From: an uncultured Bacteroidota bacterium
GTDB taxonomy: Bacteria > Bacteroidota > Bacteroidia > NS11-12g > UBA9320
Assembly: GCA_913054375.1 (NCBI GenBank)
Contig: CAJXIQ010000001.1
Location: 1,200-65,199 of the forward strand
Direction of reading: 5' to 3'
Length of the DNA: 64,000 nt
Both the position numbers and the translations under genes were made by a program. Positions 1 to 11,175 of the stretch are shown here, in pieces. Numbering within the stretch: the first letter of the stretch is position 1; every line of letters begins with the position of its first letter. Below the pieces are notes generated by a model. The model was not told where the DNA came from, ran no database searches, and saw only the letters and a list, made by a program, of their open reading frames with translations.

Positions 1-2245
1 TTCAATCAAAAGCAAAGCAAATATCAAAACTGTATTTCAAGACATCAAGCAACACTGGCGTAAAGACACCTTAGCCGGTTTTAGTGTTTCGCTAGTAGCT
101 TTGCCTCTATCTATCGGTGTGGCACTGGCTATGGGCCTGCCATCTCAAGCACTTTTAGCGGGCATATTTGCTGCTGTTATAGGTGGGGTTTTTACCACTT
201 TCGTTCGTAGCGGAAACGTTTCTATAAACGGTCCGTCCCCTGCACTCATTGGTATAGTCGTGACCGGCATGATTGCCTTAGGCAGCTGGGAATATATGCT
301 TGCCGCTTTTGTATGCGCAGGCATTTTGCAGGCTCTTTTTGGACTTTTCAAACTGGGTGGATTAGCAGATTTTATTCCGTCTAGTGTAGTACAAGGTATG
401 ATGGCCGCTATTGGTGTAATCATTCTTGCTGGTCAGATACATCCGGGTCTAGGTGTACAGATTGGCGCTATGAATGATTTCGACAAGCTATTGGCTGTTC
501 CGTCTAGTTTGGCCAATATGAACCCCTTGATCGCCATAATTTTCTTTAATAGCTTAATCATACTAGCGGTGCACCCTCATGTTACCAATAAATTTATTAA
601 ATACGTCCCCGCTCCCATCTGGCTTTTGCTTTTCGCTGTGCCGCTTTATATGTTATTCGAACGTTTACTCGATGGCCATATTACCTTATTTGGCAAAGAG
701 CACACATTAGATTCAGCCAAAGACCTTATTAATTTTGAACTCCCAAGAGATATTGTCAACGACCTCCTGGTTTTTCCCGACTTTGACAAAATAGACAGCT
801 TAGGCTTCTGGTTGGTAGTACTTTCTGTTTTCTTAGTGTCTACCATTGAAACCTTAGGTTCTGCGAAGGCAATTGACAAAATTGACCCGCTTAAACGAAA
901 AACTAACCTTAACAGAGATGTGGCTGCTATGGGCCTAAGCACCATTCTATCTGGGTTCATCGGCGGATTACCCGTTATAGCCGTTATAGCTCGGAGCTCT
1001 GTGAACATAAATCATGGTGCAAAAACACGACTTTCAAACTTAGTGCATGGCGTGCTTATCTTGCTATTTATGTCTTTACTTTCTGAGTATATTAAGATGG
1101 TGCCAAAGGCTGCCCTTATGGCTATACTTGTGTTTACTGGCTATAAACTGGCCTCACCTAAAGTATTCAAAGATGCTTCGTTAAAAGGGTACGAGCAATT
1201 TCTCATATTGGTTGTCACTCTTGTAGCCACTCTACTTACAGATCTCAATAAGGGCATACTAATCGGTATACTTTTTACCGTTGTAATACACCTAGTACGT
1301 TCACACCTTCCTGCTAATTTATTTTTCAAGTATGTAGCAAAACCCTACTTTAGACTATCTGAGATAGATGATCACTACCACCTGAAAGTGAAGGGTGTTG
1401 CAAATTTTAGCAGCATATTAAAGCTGCGAAAAACATTGGCTAAGGTGCCACCAAACAACCAACTTGTTTTTGATTTTTCGAGAACACGTCTTGTCGATTT
1501 CAGTATGCTAGAATTTGTAAATAATTGGGGAAAAGACTACCGGACAGATTATGGAGGAAGCTTTGAAATAATTGGCCTTGATGAGCATCTTACTACAAGT
1601 GAACATCCTTATGGCATTCACGCACTTCCGCAATCTGCCGCCAAACCGTTATCTAAAAGACAACACGAACTCAAAGAGTTTTCTTTTGGCAATGGATGGA
1701 CCTTTGAACCAAAACTAGACTGGAATATAGACTACCTCACCACCAATACTTTTTTTGAAACCCGGCCAATTGAGTACCTCAAAAACAGAATGGAGGGTAC
1801 GCTACCGTGTAATGCGAAATGGGAACTGGTTGATATCACTTTTGATGAGGGAGCACTTATGGCTGCTGAAGTGCATAATATGACAATGCTGCTCATTGAT
1901 TTCAATACGCCTATTCCTGATTTTGAATTGGATAAGGAACGTTTATTTAACCGACTTCTAGACTATGCAGTAAAAGAAGATATAGACTTAGCAGAAGATT
2001 TTGATACTAAATTTTCAGTGAAAGGAAGGGACAAAACGGCCATCAAAAATTTCTTCACCCCTGAGCTTCGTCAGTTTATCAAAGAGAATGACAAATACCA
2101 CATAGAAAGTACCGATAGTGCTATTCTTGTGTTTAGGTATTTCCGCGTTATGAGTATCTCAGAGATACAAGAATTGTTAAAATTTGGCGAGCAACTTACC
2201 GGGTACTTTCAGAAGTGTGTTGTGACACCTAAGAACACTCCATAG
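1..2245 (+). CDS. SulP/SLC26-family anion transporter with STAS domain and extra C-terminal domain (5'-truncated by window edge)
   Basis: Frame is open from nt 2 and reads ...KDTLAGFSVSLVALPLSIGVALA, the SulP N-terminal motif, so the true start is upstream of the window. Multiple TM helices, IARSSVNINHGAKTR motif, STAS-like VFDFSRTRLVDFS. Confidence 0.9.
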   Translation, partial: SIKSKANIKTVFQDIKQHWRKDTLAGFSVSLVALPLSIGVALAMGLPSQALLAGIFAAVIGGVFTTFVRSGNVSINGPSPALIGIVVTGMIALGSWEYMLAAFVCAGILQALFGLFKLGGLADFIPSSVVQGMMAAIGVIILAGQIHPGLGVQIGAMNDFDKLLAVPSSLANMNPLIAIIFFNSLIILAVHPHVTNKFIKYVPAPIWLLLFAVPLYMLFERLLDGHITLFGKEHTLDSAKDLINFELPRDIVNDLLVFPDFDKIDSLGFWLVVLSVFLVSTIETLGSAKAIDKIDPLKRKTNLNRDVAAMGLSTILSGFIGGLPVIAVIARSSVNINHGAKTRLSNLVHGVLILLFMSLLSEYIKMVPKAALMAILVFTGYKLASPKVFKDASLKGYEQFLILVVTLVATLLTDLNKGILIGILFTVVIHLVRSHLPANLFFKYVAKPYFRLSEIDDHYHLKVKGVANFSSILKLRKTLAKVPPNNQLVFDFSRTRLVDFSMLEFVNNWGKDYRTDYGGSFEIIGLDEHLTTSEHPYGIHALPQSAAKPLSKRQHELKEFSFGNGWTFEPKLDWNIDYLTTNTFFETRPIEYLKNRMEGTLPCNAKWELVDITFDEGALMAAEVHNMTMLLIDFNTPIPDFELDKERLFNRLLDYAVKEDIDLAEDFDTKFSVKGRDKTAIKNFFTPELRQFIKENDKYHIESTDSAILVFRYFRVMSISEIQELLKFGEQLTGYFQKCVVTPKNTP

Positions 2246-3414
2246 TTTGTAGCTGTTTTGGGAAAAAAAACAGCATGTAGCCCTTGTACACTCGCACATA
2301 CGTTCAACTTTTCAAATCTATACTCTGCTGCTTCTCGCCAGAGTATGCCCGAATAATTTCCGTATCCTAAGCTGGAGCACAGTTTAAACCTATCACTAAA
2401 CGCATGGCCAAACCCTACAGTTCCTGTGATACCATACTTTCCTAGATCGATAGATTGTAGGGATGTAACCAATGTGCTTTTATTATTCAATTTATGACTC
2501 CATGTCAAATTTATTCTGCTGGGCAGAGTAGCCCATTTTATCTTTTTTCTTGCGTTTTCTAGTATCGGGGAATAGTTAGAATCCACATATTGCTGCAATG
2601 TAGTGGTATCTCGTATGAAGTCATACCCTATCCCTGTAAAGCGAAGAGAAGTGTCTAGCTCTAAACCGGTGTAATCCAACATTCGGGTTAAATTAACATC
2701 CCGAAGGGCTATTCTTACACTGTTTTTTTTGTTGATGGTGTAAGACAAGTCTATGCCTACATTTAGGCCCACTCCCTTTATAGCTCCATTTGTCTGCTCA
2801 GAAACAGCAAACTGAGCTACCGATGCGTCTATGTATTCTCCCATAGGAGCTGTATAAAGCGATATCGCGCCAGTTGATAACGAAGTGTAGCGTGTAAGAG
2901 CATTGAGACCAAAGAGTAGCTTAGCTTGCAGCTTATCTGTGTTGTTTAGCTTATATGTTGCGCCAAACCCACTCCCCGCATAGCTCAAAAAGTGAAGACT
3001 CTTGCTTTCTATTTGCTCATCAATAAAAGGAGCGTTGCCAAAAAAGAGAAGCTCTGTTAGCTGTTTCTCTCCCGCATATCCATTCATGGTGAATGTGTTT
3101 GCGTATACGCCCCATGTTTTATTCACCTTATATTCTGCCTCTGCCTTAGCAAAGGCATAGAGATTTACCCTCTGCTGCTGTCCATCTTCAAATTTTTGTT
3201 TTGCTTCAGGTGTAAATTCCGTTCTAACTAAAACATCGGTAAACATTTTTGTATTGATTGCATTGGAAGAGACGCTTATATCTGTTGTAATTTTTATACT
3301 ACTAGGCTGCCAATTTTTGTCAAAGCTGTTTCCTAAAAAGGCAAAATTGTCTGCCTGCTGACCATAGGCAGAGCAGGTTATTAACAGTGCAAATAACTTA
3401 AAGCTGATTTTCAT
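2209..3414 (-). CDS. Outer-membrane beta-barrel protein, DUF5723-like
   Basis: Likely start MKISFKLFALL at 3414; signal peptide followed by Gln; alternating amphipathic strands; C-terminal Phe (GVFLGVTTHF). Family name is by resemblance only. Confidence 0.6.
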   Translation of the reverse strand: MKISFKLFALLITCSAYGQQADNFAFLGNSFDKNWQPSSIKITTDISVSSNAINTKMFTDVLVRTEFTPEAKQKFEDGQQQRVNLYAFAKAEAEYKVNKTWGVYANTFTMNGYAGEKQLTELLFFGNAPFIDEQIESKSLHFLSYAGSGFGATYKLNNTDKLQAKLLFGLNALTRYTSLSTGAISLYTAPMGEYIDASVAQFAVSEQTNGAIKGVGLNVGIDLSYTINKKNSVRIALRDVNLTRMLDYTGLELDTSLRFTGIGYDFIRDTTTLQQYVDSNYSPILENARKKIKWATLPSRINLTWSHKLNNKSTLVTSLQSIDLGKYGITGTVGFGHAFSDRFKLCSSLGYGNYSGILWREAAEYRFEKLNVCASVQGLHAVFFPKTATNYGVFLGVTTHF

Positions 3415-5440
3415 AGGTAAAATTTGTTCCAAGTTTTATGTCTATTTCATAGTCGCTATACATTTTGTAACGCTTAGCCTCTTTGGTGTTGAAGAACACA
3501 TTGAAATCAATGCCGTCAGACACTTTAAATAAATCCATCTCATTTCTGTTTAAAGCAATTATCACCTCACTCTCTGCCGGAGCTACCGTTTTTCCTGTAG
3601 TGGCATCTACTTCTGCAGCTGCCATCTTATTTTCTCCGTTAATGGTTTTTGTGAGCACTATTCTTCCTTGTTCGTCTACAAAGTCTAGTGATAGTCCTGC
3701 CTCTATGGGAAAGTCGTTTTCTATGGTTAAAATTAGCTTTCCTTCTTTGATATTGTCTAACTGCTCCTTATCGAGCGCAATGTTTTCCCTCAAACGAAGG
3801 TTCAAACTATCCAGACCAAAGTGCATTGGTACTGTAAGTTTGAAATTAAGTGTTAACTCGCTCATATCAAAGGCAAAGTCACTTTGATTAAGCGTACCAT
3901 TGGGATTTATTTTTGCCGTTACGCTGGGTATAACCTTGTGCGGCAAATTTTGTAAGAACAACTTCAAGTTTGAACTGGTATTATCCAACACAATTTCTTT
4001 TTGAAAAGCCGTTAAAGGTGGGTTTGTCGCTCTCTCTAAGAACACATCTTTCAATAAATTACCAGACACTAAATTCACGACTTTGTTACTTGTAGAATTT
4101 AGACCCCGAATCTCCTGAACATCAACCAGGCTTTCTATACCAAAACTATTGTAAAAGTTCAAGTCTACTCGCGCATCCTCTAGGTTAATATTTCCCTCAA
4201 GCTTTGATAGGGCGTCTAGGCTTAATGTATCTGTTGCAGATAGATCATGCCGTCCTGGGTCTCCTATTACCAAGGATGCCATTACATTGACCAGTCCAAA
4301 CTCAATCTTTATTTTGTCCTCTAGAGATAGGGTTCTTTCTAGTCCAGAATAGTCTATTCTAGCAATTAATTCATTGTATATGAGATTATAATTGGGTTGC
4401 TTGGACTGACTTTCCCCCCATAAGTATATTACGAATCCGTCAATAGGAAATCTTTCTTCTACATAGACCACTTCTCCCTCAGGCGCTGGAGGAATTACCC
4501 AATTTTGCTCTATAATTCCTGATTCGCCCGTTTTAAAACTATTCGGAATTTTATAATCTAAAATAATTGCTTCGTCAATTGACGACTCCACTTTCATCAA
4601 TATGTCCCCAGACTTAACATACACTTGAGTCAGTTCAGCTCCACCAAAGTCGTACTTGGTCTCCTCTGCTTGCTCTACTAGATTTTGTGCGGGAAATATA
4701 GCCGTAGCCACAAGTGGTTTTAACCCCCGGACTGTTATAGTTGTACGTATGCCATTAGTCACATCAATGAGCACTTCACCGTTGCTTGCTTTTGTTTTTA
4801 CTCTTTTTACGATAAGCTCCAGAACTCCATCTACAGTAAGTCCCGCCAAATCGTATGTCTCTTGCACCGTGGTACCTGGCGCTAGGTTCGTGAATACACC
4901 CGAAACTATCGCTTCCTTATCATCGTCGTTTCTTAATTCAAATTCCAAAACTTCTGCCTCGACGGGTAGATCGTTACTAATTGAAATATCGATATACCCT
5001 TCTTTGAAGGTTGCCGTTGTAAAAAACTGTTCAGTCACATCGAGTACCGTTCCCTCATTTGAGGTAATGTCTTGAGCCCCCAACTCTGTAGTTTGCCCAT
5101 TGAGCAAGACACTTGCTGGATAGATTTCTAACAGCGTAAGCGTATCGGTAAATGATCGATCATCGAGTACGAGACTCGTAAGCGAAACTTCTATTTCCTC
5201 TACACGATCAGGAATTTCTAAAATATCTTCCAGATTGCTTACGCCATATTCTTCTTCAAAAACGACAGTAAGTTCTCCATTTGGCCCTTCTTGTGTAATG
5301 CTGTCTGGCAATATGTCTCCTAAATCTAGCTTTGTTTGAAGCAACGGAGCGACCCAATTACTCTCTGAACTAAACTTCTCTTTACGACAAGCAGAGAGAA
5401 ACACAACACCAACTAGTAACAGATAGTATAGTCTTTGCAT
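3398..5440 (-). CDS. Large acidic lipoprotein with four internal beta-rich repeats, function unknown
   Basis: Lipobox FLSA-C followed by RKEK; repeated GxLxLxIxNxxPxE-like segments; overlaps the start of the barrel gene. Confidence 0.75.
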   Translation of the reverse strand: MQRLYYLLLVGVVFLSACRKEKFSSESNWVAPLLQTKLDLGDILPDSITQEGPNGELTVVFEEEYGVSNLEDILEIPDRVEEIEVSLTSLVLDDRSFTDTLTLLEIYPASVLLNGQTTELGAQDITSNEGTVLDVTEQFFTTATFKEGYIDISISNDLPVEAEVLEFELRNDDDKEAIVSGVFTNLAPGTTVQETYDLAGLTVDGVLELIVKRVKTKASNGEVLIDVTNGIRTTITVRGLKPLVATAIFPAQNLVEQAEETKYDFGGAELTQVYVKSGDILMKVESSIDEAIILDYKIPNSFKTGESGIIEQNWVIPPAPEGEVVYVEERFPIDGFVIYLWGESQSKQPNYNLIYNELIARIDYSGLERTLSLEDKIKIEFGLVNVMASLVIGDPGRHDLSATDTLSLDALSKLEGNINLEDARVDLNFYNSFGIESLVDVQEIRGLNSTSNKVVNLVSGNLLKDVFLERATNPPLTAFQKEIVLDNTSSNLKLFLQNLPHKVIPSVTAKINPNGTLNQSDFAFDMSELTLNFKLTVPMHFGLDSLNLRLRENIALDKEQLDNIKEGKLILTIENDFPIEAGLSLDFVDEQGRIVLTKTINGENKMAAAEVDATTGKTVAPAESEVIIALNRNEMDLFKVSDGIDFNVFFNTKEAKRYKMYSDYEIDIKLGTNFTYENQL

Positions 5441-5501
5441 AGTACAAATAAAGCCTCAAACGATTGATTATATTAAGTTTGCTACAAGAAATTGCACTGA
5501 A

Positions 5502-6149
5502 ATGTCTTCACATCATTTTGTAAAAGATGGCCAAGAGCCGGCATTGGTAATAGCCAACGGTGAAATGTGCGCCTACGAAATACTAACTTCACTCATGGAA
5601 TGGTGTCCTTATATAGTAGTATGTGATGGGGCGTATAACCGCATAAAGAACCTGCAAATAACTCCAGACGTGGTTATAGGAGACTTCGATAGTTTAAAGG
5701 GTGTTGAGCATAACTTGCACACGCAATACATCCATCTCAAAGATCAAGAAACTACGGACCTTGAAAAAGCAATCAACCACCTTATAGAAAAAGGATACAC
5801 CGATATAAACGTAATTTGGGCGTCTGGAAAACGCTTGGATCATACCATCAATAATTTTGCAACGCTTGCCAAATATTCTAAAATAAAAGTAGTGTTAATC
5901 GATGATTATTCACGTTCGTTTATACTACCAAAAAACTATAGCAAACGGTATGAAAAGGGACAGGCGTTATCTTTGGTACCCATACACACCTGTTCTGGCA
6001 TTACTACCAAAAACTTGAAATACAACTTAGAAAACGAAGCCTTGTGCTTCGGAAAACGAAGCGGAACAAGCAACGAGGCTACAGGTAATGGCCTAGTAGA
6101 AATCTCGCACACAAAGGGTTTACTCGCCCTAATAGAGGGGGCCGATTAA
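5502..6149 (+). CDS. thiN: Thiamine pyrophosphokinase
   Basis: Motifs VCDGA, IGDFDS, DQETTDLEKA, GKRLDHT and GTSNE; TAAGTTTG -7 box at 5474-5481. Confidence 0.93.
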   Translation: MSSHHFVKDGQEPALVIANGEMCAYEILTSLMEWCPYIVVCDGAYNRIKNLQITPDVVIGDFDSLKGVEHNLHTQYIHLKDQETTDLEKAINHLIEKGYTDINVIWASGKRLDHTINNFATLAKYSKIKVVLIDDYSRSFILPKNYSKRYEKGQALSLVPIHTCSGITTKNLKYNLENEALCFGKRSGTSNEATGNGLVEISHTKGLLALIEGAD

Positions 6150-6157
6150 AAAACGTA

Positions 6158-7630
6158 TTATCTACTGTAATTTGGAGCTTCTTTGGTAATGGTGACATCG
6201 TGTGGGTGACTCTCTCTTATGCCTGACCCCGTAATGTGTGTAAACTGAGCTTCTTTGAGTTCAGCAATGGTGGCAGAACCCGTGTATCCCATTCCTGCTC
6301 TAAGTCCGCCGATGTATTGGTAAACTACTTCAGATAGTCTCCCTTTATATGCCACTGTACCAACAATACCCTCTGGAACCAGTTTCCCTAAATCAGCTTC
6401 TGCATCTTGAAAATACCTGTCTTTTGACCCTTTTTTCATAGCTTCAATGCTTCCCATTCCCCGATAACTCTTTACTTTTCTTCCTTCATAAAAAGATACG
6501 TCTCCTGGAGCCTCTTCGGTTCCGGCAAATAAACTACCTGCCATAATAGCGTCTGCTCCAGCCACAACTGCTTTTACTAGGTCTCCGCTATACCGTATAC
6601 CTCCATCCGCAATTACAGGAACTCCTGTTCCTTTTAAGGCTTCTGCACATTCCATTACTGCATTCAGCTGAGGCACACCAATACCTGCTATTATACGCGT
6701 GGTACATATAGACCCAGGCCCTACACCCACCTTTACGGCATCTGCTCCATTGTCTGCTAGATACTTGGCTGCAGCTCCTGTTGCTACATTACCTACAATT
6801 ACTTGCAGCTTTGGAAATTTCGTTTTTACTTTTTTAAGCTCATCAACCACTCCTTTAGAATGACCATGGGCTGTGTCTATAGCTATTACATCTACATCTT
6901 GTTCTACAAGTGCCGTAACCCGCTCTAGCGTATCTGCAGTGACTCCAACAGCTGCTCCTACCATTAATCTACCAAACTCGTCTTTGCAAGCGTTTGGATG
7001 ATTTTTCACCTTTTGAATATCCTTGAATGTAATAAGACCAAGTAATTTATTTTCGGCATCTACTACAGGTAGTTTTTCTATCTTATACTTCTGTAGCGTA
7101 AATTCTGCTTCCTTCAAATCTGTACCTTTTACCGCTGTGATTAGGTCATTTGTAGTCATCACCTTCTCTATTTTGGTGCTTAGATCTACCTGAAAACGCA
7201 AATCTCTATTGGTAATAATACCAATCAATTGGTTGGTGTCATTGATAATAGGAATGCCGCCAATTCTATTCTCTTTCATTACATTTAGGGCATCACCAAG
7301 CGTGTTTGTCTTTTTCAATGTAATCGGATCTTTGATCATTCCACTCTCTGAGCGTTTCACTTTTTTAATTTCAGCTGCTTGTTGAGCAATGCTCATATTC
7401 TTGTGAACTATACCAATACCCCCTTCTCGGGCTATAGCAATTGCAAGCCTGGCTTCTGTCACCGTATCCATTGCAGCGCTTATTATCGGTATATTGATCG
7501 TAAGGTTTCTAGTAAGCCTAGTTTTCGTGCTTGTGTCGCGAGGCAATACCTCGGAATATTGAGGCAACACTAAGACATCGTCGAACGTTAAACCATGGTA
7601 AGCAATTTTAGAAAATTTGGATTGAGACAT
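6158..7630 (-). CDS. guaB: IMP dehydrogenase with CBS pair
   Basis: [19 protein letters not shown], catalytic [15 protein letters not shown] and ESHPHD. Probable ATG start at 7630. Confidence 0.97.
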   Translation of the reverse strand: MSQSKFSKIAYHGLTFDDVLVLPQYSEVLPRDTSTKTRLTRNLTINIPIISAAMDTVTEARLAIAIAREGGIGIVHKNMSIAQQAAEIKKVKRSESGMIKDPITLKKTNTLGDALNVMKENRIGGIPIINDTNQLIGIITNRDLRFQVDLSTKIEKVMTTNDLITAVKGTDLKEAEFTLQKYKIEKLPVVDAENKLLGLITFKDIQKVKNHPNACKDEFGRLMVGAAVGVTADTLERVTALVEQDVDVIAIDTAHGHSKGVVDELKKVKTKFPKLQVIVGNVATGAAAKYLADNGADAVKVGVGPGSICTTRIIAGIGVPQLNAVMECAEALKGTGVPVIADGGIRYSGDLVKAVVAGADAIMAGSLFAGTEEAPGDVSFYEGRKVKSYRGMGSIEAMKKGSKDRYFQDAEADLGKLVPEGIVGTVAYKGRLSEVVYQYIGGLRAGMGYTGSATIAELKEAQFTHITGSGIRESHPHDVTITKEAPNYSR

Positions 7631-7819
7631 GTGCAAATAATAGATTTGTTATTTGCCAAACAAAAGTAGGTCTAAATCCGTCTTCCTACCTAATTTATTT
7701 ATTCCTAGATTGCGTTCTTGCTTAATTTACCCTGTAATTTCCTTTTTTCAATCTATTTAGAGCCGTATTTTAAAATACAAGCCACATATCTTCGTTACCT
7801 TCGCAGGGTCACTTTGTAA

Positions 7820-9649
7820 ATGAGATTTGCCGTATTCTATATCGCACTATGCTTTTCTGTCTTGGCGTTTTCCCAGAGTGTCGATGAAAAACTTGCCGCT
7901 CAGTTTTTTGACAACGAAGAATATGAAAAAGCAGAATACGTATATAAAAAGCTCTATAAAAAAAACCCTAAGTCAGTCTATATTTACGAGAATTACCTCA
8001 ATACTCTTCTTGTTTTAAAAAGAGAAAAAGATGCAACCAAACTTGTAAATAGACAAATAAGCAGAAACTCAGGACAGCTCAACTTCCAGGTAGATCTAGG
8101 CTATATTTATTTGCAATTTGACAAAAAAGAAGACGCAGAAAAGTACTTTGAAAAATTAACCCGCTCATATACAAACAACCGAGGGAATGTGGTTTTTCTT
8201 GCACAGAGCTACAACAGAAGGGGGCTAACCAATGAAAGCATAAAAGCCCTAGAAAAGGGAGCAAGACAACTAGGTATTCTTGTTTTCTATAGAGAGCTCA
8301 GTCAAGCATATAGATCAACCAACAATACAAAAAAACTTACTGACATTACACTTGAAGCTCTACTACTAGATGCTGGCATATTTGATTACGCTACCAAAAT
8401 GCTCGATATAGTATTTGATAAAAAGGAAGACGCGACGTACTTAAAAAGTAAGGCGCTACAGTACGCTCAGAAAAACCCAAGCAATCAGGTATATGACGAA
8501 TTGCTTCTAGAGGTTTTTCTACAACAGAAAAAATATACCGCTGCCCTAAGGCAAACTACTTCTTTAGATAAAAGAAACAATAACCAGGGTACTCGTGTGC
8601 TGCAACTCGCAAACTTGTGTGTGAAAAATAAAGCATACGCTGTTGCTATAGATGCATACTCCTACGTCATAAACCTGGGCGAAAGTGCTCCTACTTATGA
8701 CGCTGGAAAAAACGGACTGATCAATGCTTTGTATTTAAAAACAACGGGTTCTCTGGTTCCAGATACGCTTGAAGTGGCCTCGCTTATTGGTAAGATTCAG
8801 ACCTATTTAGACTCAAAGGGAATAACCCATACTACAGCTAAGAGTCAATTTAGACTAGCCGAGTTGCACATTTTTTATACCAATAATGTTCATGCAGGTA
8901 TTCGTCTTTTAGAGGAGATTATTCAAACACCAAGGCTGCGAGCGAGTTTTGTAGCCGAAAGCAAGCTGTTACTTGGTGACGCTTACCTTATTACAAATAA
9001 TATATGGGACGCTAAGCTAATGTATGGTCAAGTAGACAAACAGTTCAAAGAAGATGCTCTTGGACAAGAAGCAAAATTTAAAAACGCTAAACTAAGCTAC
9101 TACACGGGCGACTTTGATTGGGCAAAAGGCCAGTTGGATATTTTAAAAACTGCCACAACCCAGCTAATCAGCAATAATGCCATAGAACTAAGTCTTCTGA
9201 TACAAGACAACACCGGACTTGATACCACGGAAGAGGCCATGAAAAAATACGCCGCTGCAGAATTTTATCTATTCCAAAATAAGATAGAAAAGTGTACCGA
9301 GATCCTCACCATGTTGCCCTTCACATATCCTGATCATACCCTTAAGGATGAAATATTTTATCTGAAAGCACGTGTACAAGAAAAGCAAGGAAACTATGAA
9401 GCTGCCAATAAATTGTACACCACTATATATGAAAAATATAGTGAAGATATCCTTGCAGATAATGCTTTGTATCGCTCTGCATATATCACACTATTCATAC
9501 TAGACGATAAGGAAAAAGCACAGGTTCTTTTTGAAAAACTCGTGCTAGAATATAACACGAGTCTATTTGCCGTGGATGCCCGCAAAATGTACTTTGCCTT
9601 GAAGGAAGGAAAAACCAAAAGCGACTTGTTATTTGAGTCCAGTATATGA
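7820..9649 (+). CDS. Exported tetratricopeptide-repeat protein
   Basis: Signal peptide ending AFS-Q; repeated TPR-like helical pairs; C-terminal BamD/CpoB-like repeats (YPDHTLKDE, LADNALY). Confidence 0.8.
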   Translation: MRFAVFYIALCFSVLAFSQSVDEKLAAQFFDNEEYEKAEYVYKKLYKKNPKSVYIYENYLNTLLVLKREKDATKLVNRQISRNSGQLNFQVDLGYIYLQFDKKEDAEKYFEKLTRSYTNNRGNVVFLAQSYNRRGLTNESIKALEKGARQLGILVFYRELSQAYRSTNNTKKLTDITLEALLLDAGIFDYATKMLDIVFDKKEDATYLKSKALQYAQKNPSNQVYDELLLEVFLQQKKYTAALRQTTSLDKRNNNQGTRVLQLANLCVKNKAYAVAIDAYSYVINLGESAPTYDAGKNGLINALYLKTTGSLVPDTLEVASLIGKIQTYLDSKGITHTTAKSQFRLAELHIFYTNNVHAGIRLLEEIIQTPRLRASFVAESKLLLGDAYLITNNIWDAKLMYGQVDKQFKEDALGQEAKFKNAKLSYYTGDFDWAKGQLDILKTATTQLISNNAIELSLLIQDNTGLDTTEEAMKKYAAAEFYLFQNKIEKCTEILTMLPFTYPDHTLKDEIFYLKARVQEKQGNYEAANKLYTTIYEKYSEDILADNALYRSAYITLFILDDKEKAQVLFEKLVLEYNTSLFAVDARKMYFALKEGKTKSDLLFESSI

Positions 9650-11118
9650 CCTCTGGCAGATTCAAAGTACTTGCTGAGTGGTTGCTCGTTGGGGCGTTTT
9701 TGGTGGTGTTATCCATCCCCCTTTGGCTCAAAGTAGATAGTTTGCCTATACGCTTGTTTGACGAAGCTCAAAATGCTGTGAATGCCCTAGAGATGTCTGA
9801 AACACACAACTGGCTTGTGAGAACGTACGACTACCAACCCGACACTTTTGATTGTAAGCCACCTCTCCTTATCTGGTTTCAGGTTTTATCTATAAAAGCA
9901 CTTGGGGTTAGTGAATTATCTATTCGTCTACCATCGGTCGTTTTTTCTATTCTTTCTTTGTTTGTACTGTTTCTTCTTGTTTTCAAAATAACAGACAAGA
10001 AGTGGCCGGGCCTACTTGCTGCACTCATTACCGTAACCTCTGCAGGTTTCTATGGAGATCACGCAGGCAGATTTGGAGACCATGAAGCACTACTAATCCT
10101 CTTGATATTGGTATTTCTTTATTGCCTATATAGCTACTCACACAACCCAAAAAGTAACTACATATACCGCATGGGAGCAGCGATCGCCTTGGGTGTTTTG
10201 TGCAAAAGCGTTGCTATCCTCATGATATTGCCAGGCTCTGTTTTGTACTTGTGGTTTTTTAATCATCTTACTGGCTTGTTTACAGATAAACACCTCTACT
10301 ATGCTACGTTTGGTTCGCTACTGATTATTGCTTTTTACTATCTGGGTAGAACCTATTTTCAACCGGACTACCTATATACCGTATGGCACGGCGAACTGCT
10401 ACCACGGTTCATAAATACCTCAGAAACCCATGATTTTAGATACATCAGCTTTAGGTTCTACTTTGAACTCATGTACACAGAAAAGTTTGTTTTGTGGTCT
10501 GTGCTTGTTCCTTTTACCGTCTTAATTCCATTGGTAAAACTCCAATTTACCAAGGAGTGGTCTTTCTGGTTTGTAAATGGATTTACCCTCCTACTCATTC
10601 TGTCTGCCGGCACCAAGCACTATTGGTATATAGCACCCGTAATTCCAATCTTTGCCGGACTAATAGCTATAAGCGTTTTTCACTTGTTACAAGAGTATAA
10701 AATAGTGGGTACTGTTGCGCTTTTACCCGTATTACTCATAGGCTTAAGCACATATAAGACAGCCTACGAATATGCATTTCACCCTGCCGAAAAATGGAAT
10801 GAGTGGGAAAGTTATGGTATTTCACACTTTCTTACAGAGCCCGATCACCTGAAGAATGTTAGCTCAAACACCAAAATACTATTGAGGCCATACAATGCCC
10901 ATGAAGCATACCGCTTTTACCTCAAATTATTAAAAAAAGATACGGGGTTAGATATGGTACGAACCTCGTTCCCCGAACTAGCTATAGGAGACACGATACT
11001 AAGCCATCATAAAATGGTGTACGATAGTCTTATTATAGATTACGGGGTGGAAGTGCTGGACAGCTCATATAAATACACCAAGCTAACGGTGTTGCACCAA
11101 AAAGACGCTGAAGAATGA
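9646..11118 (+). CDS. ArnT/PMT-like (GT-C fold) glycosyltransferase, paralogue 1
   Basis: First-loop DE motif (LFDEAQNA), KPPLLIW, RLPS, LCKS and many TM helices; ATGA overlap with the TPR gene. Confidence 0.85.
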   Translation: MTSGRFKVLAEWLLVGAFLVVLSIPLWLKVDSLPIRLFDEAQNAVNALEMSETHNWLVRTYDYQPDTFDCKPPLLIWFQVLSIKALGVSELSIRLPSVVFSILSLFVLFLLVFKITDKKWPGLLAALITVTSAGFYGDHAGRFGDHEALLILLILVFLYCLYSYSHNPKSNYIYRMGAAIALGVLCKSVAILMILPGSVLYLWFFNHLTGLFTDKHLYYATFGSLLIIAFYYLGRTYFQPDYLYTVWHGELLPRFINTSETHDFRYISFRFYFELMYTEKFVLWSVLVPFTVLIPLVKLQFTKEWSFWFVNGFTLLLILSAGTKHYWYIAPVIPIFAGLIAISVFHLLQEYKIVGTVALLPVLLIGLSTYKTAYEYAFHPAEKWNEWESYGISHFLTEPDHLKNVSSNTKILLRPYNAHEAYRFYLKLLKKDTGLDMVRTSFPELAIGDTILSHHKMVYDSLIIDYGVEVLDSSYKYTKLTVLHQKDAEE

Positions 11119-11175
11119 GAGGCATTGGCAACATAAAGTACTTATTTTTGAAATAATTTCTCAACTAAAAAAGCA

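Noticed and set aside
2209..2245. Convergent 3' overlaps of 33-45 nt (also 12622-12666 and 32850-32882)
   Set aside because: Common in compact genomes; there is no evidence of a specific antisense function.
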